This document shows positions 25,320-37,100 of a stretch of DNA of 64,000 nt, in pieces. Below the pieces are notes generated by a model. That model was not told where the DNA came from, ran no database searches, and saw only the letters and a list, made by a program, of their open reading frames with translations. The position numbers and the translations under genes are program-made. Every line of letters starts with the position of its first letter. Position 1 is the first letter of the stretch. The stretch lies in the NCBI GenBank assembly GCA_013265495.1, contig MU058366.1, positions 161,694-225,693 of the forward strand, written 5' to 3'. This DNA is from Vicugna vicugna. Its lineage: Eukaryota.

Positions 25320-25880
25320 ATATTCGTCGACCTGTGGGGTGCATCCCCAAGCATGACCGATCCTTCAGATCATCCAAGGAAGCCAACCTGCAGGGGATGC
25401 GCTCGGCCTTTCACGCAAAGCTGGCCGGGCTTGGGGTTTCACTGTTCCAGGGGCGGGCGTACTTCTTTTCTGCCCCTCGTCGCGAAAGGGGCTCTCGACG
25501 GGGTCTGCGAAGCGCCCGCACCGCGCGCAGTAACGCCTGTTGGGCTGCCCCGCAGGCCTGGCGCCGGCGCTGGTTCGTGCTGCGGCGCGGCCGCATGAGC
25601 GGCGACCCCGACGTGCTGGAGTACTACCGCCACCGGCGCTCCGGCCGCCCGCTGCGCGCCATCGACCTGCGCGAGTGCGCCGTGCGCGCGCACGCCGGCC
25701 CGGGCTGCGTGCGCAAGGAGTTCCGCGACCGCTTCGTGTTCGTGGTCCAGACCGCCGCTCGGGCATTCTACCTGGTGGCCAAGACGGAGGAGGAAATGCA
25801 GCTGTGGGTGCGGAGCATCAGCCAGGTCTGCAACCTCGGCCACGTGGAGGACCGTGCAGGTGAGAACGAGGCTTGGGCGA
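25320..25880. promoter_or_regulatory. Intragenic CpG island over GAB3 exon 2
   Basis: Dense CpG/GC block in CpG-poor surroundings. Confidence 0.8.
25556..25859 (+). CDS. GAB3: GAB3 exon 2, PH domain (AWRRRWFVLRRGRMSGDPDVLEYY...EDRA), phase 0 to 1
   Basis: ccgcag|GCC...GCAG|gtgaga; 304 nt; GAB-family PH signature (WxxRWFVLRxGR, FYLVAKTEEEMxxWV). Confidence 0.95.
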
Positions 25881-25885
25881 ATTTA

Positions 25886-26056
25886 TTTTGTTTTATTTAT
25901 TTTTTGGTTTTTGTTTGTTTGTTTGTTTGAAGGGGGTACTGAGGTTGGTTGGTTTGTTTGTACTTACTTATTTTAATGGAGGCCCTGGAGATTGAACCTA
26001 GGACCTCATGCATGCATGCTAAGAACGCACTCTACTATGGAGCTACACCCTCCCCC
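25886..26056 (-). mobile_element. tRNA-derived SINE (Vic-1-like) ~26 nt downstream of the exon 2 donor
   Basis: GAGATTGAACCTAGGACCTC...GAGCTACACCCTCCCC with T-rich tail; degenerate TSD TGGGC(G/T)AATT(T/C)AT. Confidence 0.8.
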
Positions 26057-26512
26057 TGGGCTAATTCATATCAGACCTGTTCCCACCGAGTATTATGCCA
26101 GGCTTCAGATCTGGGCGTGACAGGCGACTTCGACGGCTTCAAAGACACCTGCTCTCACCACCACAGACAATGCATACACTGAAAGTAAAACATGGCAGAG
26201 GATATCCTGGAGGGCTCCGATTTTTCTAGAAATATGAAATATCACCACCTTTAAAAAATTCTTGGAAGTCCAATTTTTCTGTTGCCTGTTGGATTGTTCA
26301 GTAGTAGAGGGGAGATAGAACTCGGCTACTTATCGTACGCAGGGAAGAATTCCTTGTATCTCCAAATGGCTCAAGGTCTCTGCGATGGAAATTAGCCCCA
26401 AGTTTTCTCTGAGCCATTTGTGGGAGCAGATGACCCACAAGGCTCTTTTTTTCTCTTTCTCTCTCTTACAACCCCACCCCCATCCCCACATGCCACCGCC
26501 GCGCACGCGCGC

Positions 26513-26514
<2 letters not shown>

Positions 26515-26547
<33 letters not shown>
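26515..26547. repeat. (AC)n microsatellite
   Basis: About 16 AC units read directly. Confidence 0.95.
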
Positions 26548-26549
<2 letters not shown>

Positions 26550-28224
26550 CGTTTCTATGTAATATACTCAGCATAAAACACTTAGGGGTATGATTAGCTC
26601 ACCTTCATGGACTTTGTTGCTGAGCCCCTGGCACCATGCTCTGACCCTCAAACAATGAAACTTTGAATCTGGTTACTTTTAGCCTCTTCGTCCAGCAGAC
26701 AAAACCTCACCCGTATGTCCCACATAGCTGAATGCTTCTTATTTGCTGCGGAAGTATCCGCATCCTGACGCTAGGTGGCGACAAAGAGCCAGTGTTGCAT
26801 CTCCCTCTAGGGTGTGCCCCCTGCCCACAAAGTCCTTTTCTTCTCACAAACCAGGGAAGTTTAGTAAGTGAAGCTACTCATTCACACTGAGGAGCTTTGA
26901 GAGCCCTCAAATAAAGGGAAATGGAAAAATGGCAAGTGCTTTATTCTTACTACAGCAGATACCACTTGCTCGCAAGGTTGCAATGAATCCAACACCATGC
27001 AAACAAAGCAGAGCCCCCGACCAAGTCCTCCAGCCCCAACTAGATACAAATTTAGGTGTCATGTGTGTCCTCGGTCGAGTTCTTCATCTGGGAGTCATCC
27101 TAAAACATAGGTATGTAATATGTTTCCCAATATCCAGAGAGGAACAGAAATGATTAAGGCGCCAGGCAGAAAACAGAAAGCTGTGGCATGAAGTTGCAGG
27201 AAGCTAGAAACCCCCCATGACCTCTTTCATTCCCTGGAGCCCGCCTTAGTTTTTCGGAGGATGTGGGTGCTGAGTCCTCTTCAGCTGAGAACCACGCCTG
27301 CAGAGCTTTCTTGTGGCTTTTCACAGATACATTTGGTTCTGTCTCCAGCAACCATAGGTCGTCAGCACATTGTGGCCAGGAGCTCAGTTAGCGGATGAGC
27401 GTGTCTTATCCCCAGACCAGGAAACTTGGAGCGGGTGGGTAACTTGCCCAGCTGTATAGGCGAGCCTGGCCTTGCACCCAGGCAGTTCTGGGCCACTCAG
27501 GAATCCTGGACTCCTGCCCACTTGGTTCCAAAGGGACATAAAATTGTGGCTTTTCATTGGGAGATTCTGAACGTGGCCTTCACAGCACTTTCTTTCTTTC
27601 ATTCCTTTCCCTCGTACATCATTAGCAGTCAGTCATGAACACTGCTCTCTATGTGGTAGTTGCCTTTGTCCTCCAGGCAGGGCAGGGTTGTAGTCTCTCT
27701 GTACTGGCAGAGGTATAACAGTTCTGGGCACACAGTAGGTGCAAAAAGAAGTATTCTCTATAGACATAAGCAGATGTATATATCTATGTGGGCATATATG
27801 CACAAATGCACGTGTAGGTTTATGTATAGGTATTTGTTGTGCATAAATACATATCCGGATATGTGTATATATCTGTGTGTGTTTGTTGAGTGAATAAACA
27901 GTGATGCTGGGCTGGGGCTGTAAAGAAGCTGTGTGTGGACTATCTAACTAACTTCAGAGTTTCAGGCCAAGAATGCTTGGCTTTTGGGGGGATGTTTTTG
28001 TTTTTTGTTTTTTGTTTTTTTCACTCTTAATTGATTCAACACTTCACTCTGGGAACACTGGCCCTCTTTCCCAGACATTGTTTATAGCTTGGGGAAATGG
28101 GCTCCTCCATCAGTACAAACACCAGCTGCTATTCGCATTTTCTGTTGAGCCTCTTTGATGCTGTTTGAGAAATCGTGTTTGAGCCAATATGAACCGTTCA
28201 ACTGGGAAATGATTTGTCCTGCAG

Positions 28225-28411
28225 ATTCCGTGGAGAGCCTCTCTCGCACAGCCTCTGTGCAGCCATCCCCCGCCAGCGCCCTTCACACAAGAGATGACCC
28301 AAGCTCTAGTACTGTAGCCACTGAGGAGACCGGAAGTGAGTCAGAGTTTCTCTTCCTTCCTGATTATCTGATTCTGTCCAACTGTGAGACTGGAAGACTG
28401 CGCCATGCCAG
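28225..28411 (+). CDS. GAB3: GAB3 exon 3 (DSVESLS...FLPDYLILSNCETGRLRHA), phase 1 to 2
   Basis: cctgcag|ATTCC...GCCAG|gtacgc; 187 nt; GAB motif DYLxLxNC. Confidence 0.93.
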
Positions 28412-28842
28412 GTACGCTCCTCTCTTTACAGAACGCACCCAGCTTCCTTGTGCTGCCCTCGTCACCGAGATGCGCTCAGCATCCCTGAATGACTAAGTCT
28501 GTCCGTGCAGCAGGAGCACCTTCTAGTCAACCACTAGAAAGGCTGAAGCATGTAGGGTACCCAGTGAAGTGACTCAGGGATTTTAGCGTTGTGGCTTTCA
28601 GTTCTAACCTTGCATTTTCATCTGTATCTGACACTTACAGGGTGAAAAATATAAACCAACTCTTTTTCCCTCTGCATCGAGGAGTTGGTGTCAGCGAGGG
28701 TTGTAGAAGGAATGCGGCTCTTACAAGTTAAAGAAAGGGCTGGCTGTATTGGAGGAATGGGTTTTGTGGTGGGAAGATGTTTTCTTCCTCAGACTTCGAC
28801 CCAGAATCTATCAGTCATCTCTGTGTGCTTGTATTCCCTCAG

Positions 28843-29297
28843 CCTACCCACCAGACGTGAGAGCTGGTCCAACTCCGACCGCTCCTTGGAGCAGATGTCA
28901 TCCGATGACGTTTTCGTGGACAGCCCACAGCTGCTGCCCCCCAGCAGTTTGATGTTCCGCTCACGCCAGGGCAGTGGCCCTCAGGCTGCTCTGGTCTGGA
29001 CTAGAGACACCAATGGGCCACCCAGTGACCACTTTTCTTTACCATTGCTGGAAACTTCCTTAAAGGCCAGCATTCAGGTTGATAAAAATCAAGGTTCCTT
29101 GCCCTATGGGGTAAAAGACCAAGACGTCCTGGCTCACACACCCCCTCCCCGGCCCCCTAAGCCAAGCCATCTCTCTGAACGGCACCTGGATGAGCAGCTG
29201 GTGTGGAGTGGGCGCAGCAGCATTGAGAAAGCAGAATGCACAATGGTCCCGAGAAGAATCTCTCTCTCTGGTCTAGATAACATGAGAGCCTGGAAAG
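28843..29297 (+). CDS. GAB3: GAB3 exon 4 (SLPTRRESWSNSDRSLEQ...PPPRPPKP...LDNMRAWK), phase 2 to 1
   Basis: ccctcag|CCTA...AAAG|gtaagt; 455 nt; GRB2 SH3 motif PPPRPPKP. Confidence 0.95.
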
Positions 29298-32200
29298 GTA
29301 AGTGTTGGATGCTCACATTCAGGTACAGAGAGAATCCCAGCTCCTCTTTACTCCTTGTGTTCTCGGAAGGACGTTGGCCAGTGTCCTTTGCTCAAGCCAG
29401 TCCTGCCTCCCAGTGGGGTTAGGCCCTTGGTGGAAGCTTCCCGAATGCTAACAACTCTCCCGCTCCCAGGATGCCCCCACCCTGTGCTCCTGTGACTCTG
29501 GCCAACGGAAGAGACAGTTGGGTCCCTGGAGATGGTGGAAGAAGTCCGAGCCCTAGTCCCTGAGCCATGTTCCTGCCCATGTGATGGGCTCCCCCTACTG
29601 CCCCCACCAGCACCAAGCTCCTGGTGCTTGGAGCAGCTCGGGGACCTGCTTTTGCCTTTTTCTGTAAATCCATTGATTCTCATGGGGTTGCCTTGTCCTC
29701 TCTCTCTCTCTCCTCCCTCTCCATACAAATATAATCACTCCTGCACTGCTACCTATAAGGCCATGTTTTAAAGGAATTATGGAAGTTTAAGGAATGCAAA
29801 CTCATTTCAAATTGTACAAATCTCTCATTCTGACTGAGGCACTAAGTCACTCTGACAAAAACTCCCCAGTGTCCCTAGTAATGTGACCACTACACATGGA
29901 ACTGCCTTCTGACGCCTTGATGAAATGAGTGAGATGACATGTGTGAACAGTGCACAGAAAAGGAAAACTGAAAGAATAGGTGAGCAGATTTTGGAAAGTG
30001 AAATGAACAAAACCAGTAAAACAATAGCATATGAAAATGAATTAAAAGCCTGAAATTGAAGAACAAAAAAATTTAAATGATTGAAACTTTCAAAACAGAC
30101 ATAAAACAATTAGGTTGTGTTGTTTTACACGAAGGGAAGCAAAGGCTAAAGCTGACTGAAGTGGAGGTTTTCACCAAGAAGCAAAGACCAGGACCGCAGT
30201 AGCGGACAGACGCCGAAAGGGCCGGGTCCGGGGAGGGAAGGCGGCAAACCGATCGCTCAGCCTTCCGCCTCCAGGTCCCGCGGGAATCGGCGGCCGAGCA
30301 GGCTCAGGCAGGGCTCATTACTGTCCTGGCGGGTCCCCAGTGACCCGGCACCCTTGTTGGCGAGGCCGTCTGTCCCTGAGGCTCCCCAGCACCCCCGTCA
30401 TAAATCAAGTGCCCGTGTGTGTGTGTGTCGGGGGGGGGTGCATCTCAGCTCCGCCCTCTCCCCTGGGGGCCCACCCAGCCTGCAACAGTGCCACTCTTTT
30501 TGGGGGGAGAGGGGTGTCTACCAAATGACTTGATATGAAGGAACAGGACAAATTAAAGATCTTAAGGAGATGTTTTGGTACAACTTATAGAAGAGGTGGA
30601 GGTAACCTAGACGTGCGTACCTCGCCTTTGTGACCTTCAGGAAGGTCACCCGCAGGGCTACCTCTCGTGGCCATGGTCTCTTAGGGTGTGCTTGTCAAAG
30701 AGACTCTGACACACCAGAATTGGGGACCCCACCTTGTGCCAGTCAGTTCTTTGGTCACCCGGTTCTCTGGTGGCTTTCATCTGCTCATCCAGGTGACCAG
30801 TCTTAGTGAAATCACCCGATTAGGGGTGGCTTGGTCAGTGGCCACTTTGTGCAGTTCCCCGAGGCCCGGATGCGCCCTTTTCCCTGAATACTTAGCTTCT
30901 TGATATCCTGAGGAATCTGGGATTCAGCCACCTTGTTGATTCTGAAGCTTCATCGGGTTCTCGGCACCTTCCTCCTTTCGTGAGATCGCTGAGGAGAACC
31001 TTTGCAGAGTTCTTCAAAGCCACCGATTAGGTGGCCCCCTAATACTGGTGGTCGTTCTGGCACTTGCGAGCAGGCCTCGGGCATCGTGCTGGGTGCTGGG
31101 TGCATGGGGGGCATCCCAAGTGCTCTGGGTACGTGGTGAGGCCCTGCTTCTGCCCGAGCAGTGCGGAAGCAGGAAACCACGATGGCTCTCAGTGCAGAGT
31201 GTCTGGCCCGAGGTGACTTGACTTAGCAGTTCAAAAACCTTTGCAGATGCAATCTTGGCACCCACTAGATTGCAGATTCAACTGTAAGGCTGCAAGTAAC
31301 GGTGGCTGAGATGTGACATTAAGTGATGGGTTGGGGGAGTGAGGTCTGCCAGGTTCAGTAACTGGACGGTGGGCCCACGCTCCCCGGGCAACAGGTGCCG
31401 CTGTGCTGCCGAGACAGCTGGGCTCTGGGCCTAAGCCTTGTCCGGCGGGTCCCGTCAGTCTTCAGGCAGGTTGTGTGATTTCTTTGAGCCTCTGTTCCCT
31501 CCGTTATAAAAGTCTGAAAGATGTTTAATTTCTAGGTTTGTGGTGAAAATTAAGTGAAACCAATATACAGTATCCAGCAGACCGTAGATTCTTAATTTCC
31601 TTCTGTGTTACATCTTTCCTGTTCAATATTCTTATGCCTGAATAAGGAAAGTACTAATGGTCTATCTCATACCCAAATCTTACTTCCTCAAGCAATCTGG
31701 ACTCCTGTATTCAGTACATTGATCTGCTCTTTCCCTTGAGAAAATGTAACTGGGAAATATTTGAAATCTTCATGCTGCTTTGAAGGTTGCTCCCCCCGCC
31801 CTGCACCTGTCACGAGCACCCAGATAGCTGCCACCAGAGCCCTGTAAGTGACGGTGCCTGGGTCACAGCCTAGTGCCATTGCACCACGCTTTCTGCACAC
31901 ATGCTTCTTTCTGTAAGTGCTGCCTGAGCCTTTGTGTTTTATACTAAGAACTGTAAATGTTTATGGCTATAGAGTTTTTATTAGAAATTACCTTTAAAAA
32001 ATTAAAATGAACTATCCTTAACTTTTAATTTCCCCACCCCTAGTCCCTTAAAGGGATTTAAAATGAACCTTTATTATAGAAAACTCCACACATTTACAAA
32101 AGTAGGGAATGGTGTGATGACCTCCCGTGTACCCTTTCCCTGCTTTAACAGTTACCAACAGATAACTGATCTTAGTTTATCTATACCCGAGGATTATTTT

Positions 32201-34149
32201 GAAACATTTTTCATGCTATCACTTCATTCATAAATATTTTAGTATTTATAAAAGATAAAGACTGTTTTAGATTTTAGAGTCTGTATCATCTCCATTCCCT
32301 GCAGTATCTGATTATAATACTATACCTTTGAACTACAGTTTAACAAAAACATTTGAGGCAGGGTTATTTTGCTTTTCTTTCCTGGCTTAATTTGTTGCTT
32401 AATTATAAAAATGATATGTCTATAGTGTTTATAAATATTCTAAGAGTTTTCAATTGCAAGTGATTATTTAGTCAGTAACATCTTTAACAAAACACATTCC
32501 TCAGCTTATTTTGTTAAGTTTTATTGTATAAGGAGTGAGTGAATACTTCCTTCCTGGAAAAAAACAAAATTAAACAATCAGAAATCCCTATTATATCTTC
32601 TTTTCAAAGCATAAATGAATCTGAACACATCCACTGCAATGCAGCTGGCTCGCCTTAGATCATGTCAGCACAAGTCTTTCTTTTTTTTTTTTGAACCCCT
32701 TTATTGTAGTATAATTCCTGTACAGTAAACTACATATATTTCAGATGTACAATTAGAAGAATTTTGATAGATGTCTACATGAATGAAACCACCACCACAA
32801 TCAAGATAGCTTACATTTCCATCACTCCCGCAGCCACAGTGATCTTTAAAAATGTAAATCAGATAGTCAGTTCCTTGCTAAAAACCAGTCTATGGTTTTT
32901 AGTGCAATGATTTCTCTTTGCACTTAGAATAAAATCTAAATTTCTTACCGTAGCCTGCGAGGCCCAGTGGGATCTGTCTTGCTCAGATCTTTTTTCTTTT
33001 ATTCTTCTTCCAGTCTTTCTGAGATGTAATTGACATGCAGCCCTGTGTGAGTTTCAGGGGTGCAGCATAATGATCTGACCTACGTACATCATGAAGTGAT
33101 GACCACAATAAGTTGAGTGCGCACCCATCATCTCAAGTAGATACAACATTAAAGAAATAGAAAAAGACACTTTTGCTTGTGATGAGAGCTCTTAGGATTT
33201 ACTCCCTTAACGACTTTCATATGTAACATGCAGCAGTGTTAGTTATACATCTGTCCTGCTGTACATTACGTTCCTAGTACTTACTATCTTATAGCTGGCA
33301 GTCTGTGCTTTTGGACTGCCTTCATCCAGTTCCCCAACCCCTCAGTGCCACACTTTTAATCGTTGTGACTTTCTGTCTTGACACCGAGTAAAAGCCCACC
33401 TGTTATTTAACAGTGCCATGCCTATACCAGGCCAATTTTACAGTCAGCTAGTCAGGTTCCAGACATACAAATATATAGGCGATTTGAGGAGGATTGCACT
33501 GTATCTATAGATCAACTTGTGAAGATTTGGCATCCTTACAATAGTGGGTTTTCCAATTCGTGAAGGGGAACTGTCCTTCTATTTATAGAGGTCATATTTT
33601 GTTTCTGTCTATAATGTTTTATAGCTTTTAGGGAAGACTTGTGTATCTCCTTAATATATTCCCTTGTATTTGTTATTTTTCTGTTATTCTCAATGGTATT
33701 TTATTTTAAATAACTTCTTTGCTGTTGCATAAAATAAATTAGCTTTGTATTTTGATTTTGCATCTACCTTTTCTAAACTATACACTTATTTGCATTTCCT
33801 TTGTATACAATCATATCACATGCAAATACTAATAACTTTTTTTTATAACACATATCTTTCATTTACTTTTCCTTATGTCACTGCTTGGGCTAGGGAGTCT
33901 GGGACATCTTTGAACCGTAGTGATGAAAACAGGGATCCTTGTCTTACTCCTGATCTTAGATGGAAAGCTTCCAGCATTTTGCCATTGTAATGTGGTTTGC
34001 AGTTGATTTTTGTAGATAACCGTTCATTAGATTAAGGACATTCTCTGACATTATTTTGCTGTGTTATTTTTAAAAATCATGAATGGGTGTTCAATTTATT
34101 GAAGCATTTTATGATCGTGTGATTTTGTTAACATGAAGAAGTTTATTGG

Positions 34150-37100
34150 CAAATTTTTTTAAGTATAGTTCATTTACAGTATTATATTAGTTTCAGGTGT
34201 ATAGCATAGTGATTCAGTATTTTTACAGATTATACTCCATTAAAAGTTATTACAAAATAATGGCTATAATTCCTTGTGCTGTATAATATATCCTTGTTGC
34301 TTTTCGGTTTTATACACTGTAGTTTGTATCTTTTAATACCTTACCCTTATCTTGCCCCTCCCCCCTTCCCTCTCCCCACTGGTAACCACTAGTATGTTCT
34401 CTATGTCTGTGAGTCTGTTTCTGTTTTGCTATAATATGTTCATTTGTTGTATGTTTTAGATTCTACATATAGATGATAATTGTACAGTACTTGTCTTTTT
34501 CTGTATGACTTATTTCACTAAGCATAATATTGTGCAAGTCCATCCATGTTGCTGCAAATAGCAGAGTTTTTTATGGCTGAGTAATATTCCATTATATATA
34601 TAATATATAAATATATTATATAGTAATATTCCACTATATATATATATATAAAACTTCTTTACCCAGTCATCTGTTGATGGACACTTGGGTTGCTCTCATA
34701 TCTTGGCTGTAAGTAGTGCTGCTATGAACCTTGGAGTGAATGTGTCTTTCTGAATTAGTGTTTTCATTTTTTCCTTATGTACACTCAGGAGTGGAATTGC
34801 TGGATCACATGGTAGTTATATTTTTAGTTTTTTTAGGAACCTCCATACTATTTTCTATAGTGGCGCCAACCAATTTACATTCCCACCAAAAGTGTAGGAG
34901 GGTTCTCCTTTCTCCACATCCTCGCCAACTTTTGTTATTTGTGGTCTTTTTGATGATGGCCATTCTGACAGGTGTGAGGTGATATCTCACCTCACATTTC
35001 TCTATAATTTGCATTTCTCTAATAATTAGCAGTGTTGAGCATCTTTTCATATGCCTGTTACCCATCTGTGTGTCTTCTTTGGAAATATGACTACTCAAGT
35101 CTTCTGCCCAGTTTTTGATTGGATTGTTTGTGGGTTTTTTTTTTTAATATTGAGTTGTATGAGATGTTTGTATATTTTGGATATTAACACCTTGTCAGTC
35201 ATATCATTTGCAAATATCTTCTCCCATTCTGTAGGTTGTCTTTTTGTTTTGTTGGTGGTTTCCTTTGCTGTGCAAAAGCTTTTAGGTTTATTTAGGTCCC
35301 ATCTGTTTTTTTTGTTTGTTTTTTTTGTTTGTTTTTTTGCTTTTATTTGTTTTCCTTAGGAGACAGATCCAAGAAAGTATTGCTATGATTTATGTCATTG
35401 TTCTGCCTGTGTTCTCTTCTGGGAGTTTCATGGTTTCAGGTCTCCAGTTAGCTCTTTAATCCATTTTTAGTTTATTTTTGTGTATGGTGTGAGGAAATGT
35501 TCTAACCTCATTCTTTTACATGTAACTGTCCAGCTTTCCCAGCACCACTTATTGAAGAGACTGTCTTTTCTCCATTGTATATTCTTGCCTCCTTTGTCAT
35601 AGATTAATGCACTGTAAGTGTGTGGGTTTGTTTCTGGGCTCTCTGTTCTGTTCCATTGATTCATATGTCTGTTTTTGTGCCAGTAGCACACTGTTTTGAT
35701 TACTGTAGCTTTGTAATATTGTCTGAAATCTGGGAATATTGTCTGAAATCTATAAACCTGCAGCCTTGTTCTTTTTTCTTAAGATTGTTTTGGCAATTCA
35801 GGTCTTTTGTGTTTCCATATGAAGTATAGGATTATTTGTTCTAGTTTTGTGAAAAATATCATAGGTATTTTGATAGGGATGGCATTAAATCTGTAGATTG
35901 CTTTGGGTAGAATGGACACCCTAACAAGATTAATTCTTCCAATCCAAGAGGTCAAGATAGCTGTCCATTATTTTGTATCATCTTCAGTTCCCTTCATCAG
36001 TGTTTTACAGTTTTCAGAGTATGAGTCTTTCACCTCCTTGGTTAAGTTTATGCCTAGGTATTATATTCTTTTTGATGCAATTTTAAATGGGATCTTTTTT
36101 TTACTTTCTCCCTCAGATAGCTCATTAGTGTACAGAAATGTGACAGATTTCTTTATATTAATCTTGTATCCTGCAACTTTGCTCAATTCATTTGTTAGTT
36201 CTAATAGCTTTTTAGTGGAGACTTTAGGGTTTCCTATATAAAGTATCATGTCATCAGGAAATAGTAACAGCTTTACTTTTTCCCTTCCAATTTGAATGCC
36301 TTTTTATTTATGTTTCTTGTCTGATTGCTGTGGCTAGGACTTCCAATACTATGTTAAACAGAAGTGGCGAGAGTGGGCATCCTAGCCTTCTTCCTGAATT
36401 TAGAGGAAAGGCTTTCAACTTTTCACTGTTGAGTATGATGCTAGCTGTGGGTTTGTAATAAATGGCCTTTGTTATGTTGAGATATATTCCCTCTATGCCC
36501 ATTTTGTTGAGAGTTTTCTTAATCATGAATGGGTGTTGAATTTTGTCAAGTACTTTTTCTGCATCTGTTGAGAGGAACATGTGATTTTTCTCCTTCCTTT
36601 TGTTAATGTGGTGAATCATGTTTTATTGATTTGCAAATAGCGAGCCATCCTCGTGTTCCTGGAATAAATCCACTTGATCATGGTATATGATCCTTTTTAT
36701 ATATTGTTGGATTTGGTTTGCTAATATTTTGTTGAGGATTTTTGCATCTACATTCATCAAAGATATTGGCCTACAATTTTCTTTTTTTGTAGTGTCTTTG
36801 TCTGGTTTTGGTATCAGGGTAATGGTGGCCTCATGGAATGAATTTGTGAATGTTTTGTCCTTTTCAATTATTTGAAATAGTTGAGATGTATAGTTATTAG
36901 TTTTTCTTTATATGTTTAGTAGAATTCCCCTGTGAAGCCATTCAGTCCCGGAGTTTTGTTTGCTGGGATTTTTTTTTTTAATAAAATTCAATTTCACTAC
37001 TAGTGATTGGTCAGTTCAAATTTTATTTTTCTTTTTGATTCAGTCTTGGCAGGTTGTATATTTCTAGAAATTTGTCCATTTCTTCTAGGTTGCCAATTTG

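Noticed and set aside
1..25555. GAB3 exon 1 / main promoter
   Set aside because: I found no sequence encoding the expected N-terminal GWLxKSPP motif; it should lie upstream of the window.
25365..25863. Overlapping antisense and alternate-frame ORFs over exon 2
   Set aside because: By-product of extreme GC content suppressing stop codons.
28685..29422. 245-aa ORF as a standalone gene
   Set aside because: It is GAB3 exon 4 plus read-through into the flanking introns.
35715..35751. 17-bp local duplication AATATTGTCTGAAATCT
   Set aside because: Trivial slippage or abortive insertion within a dead L1.
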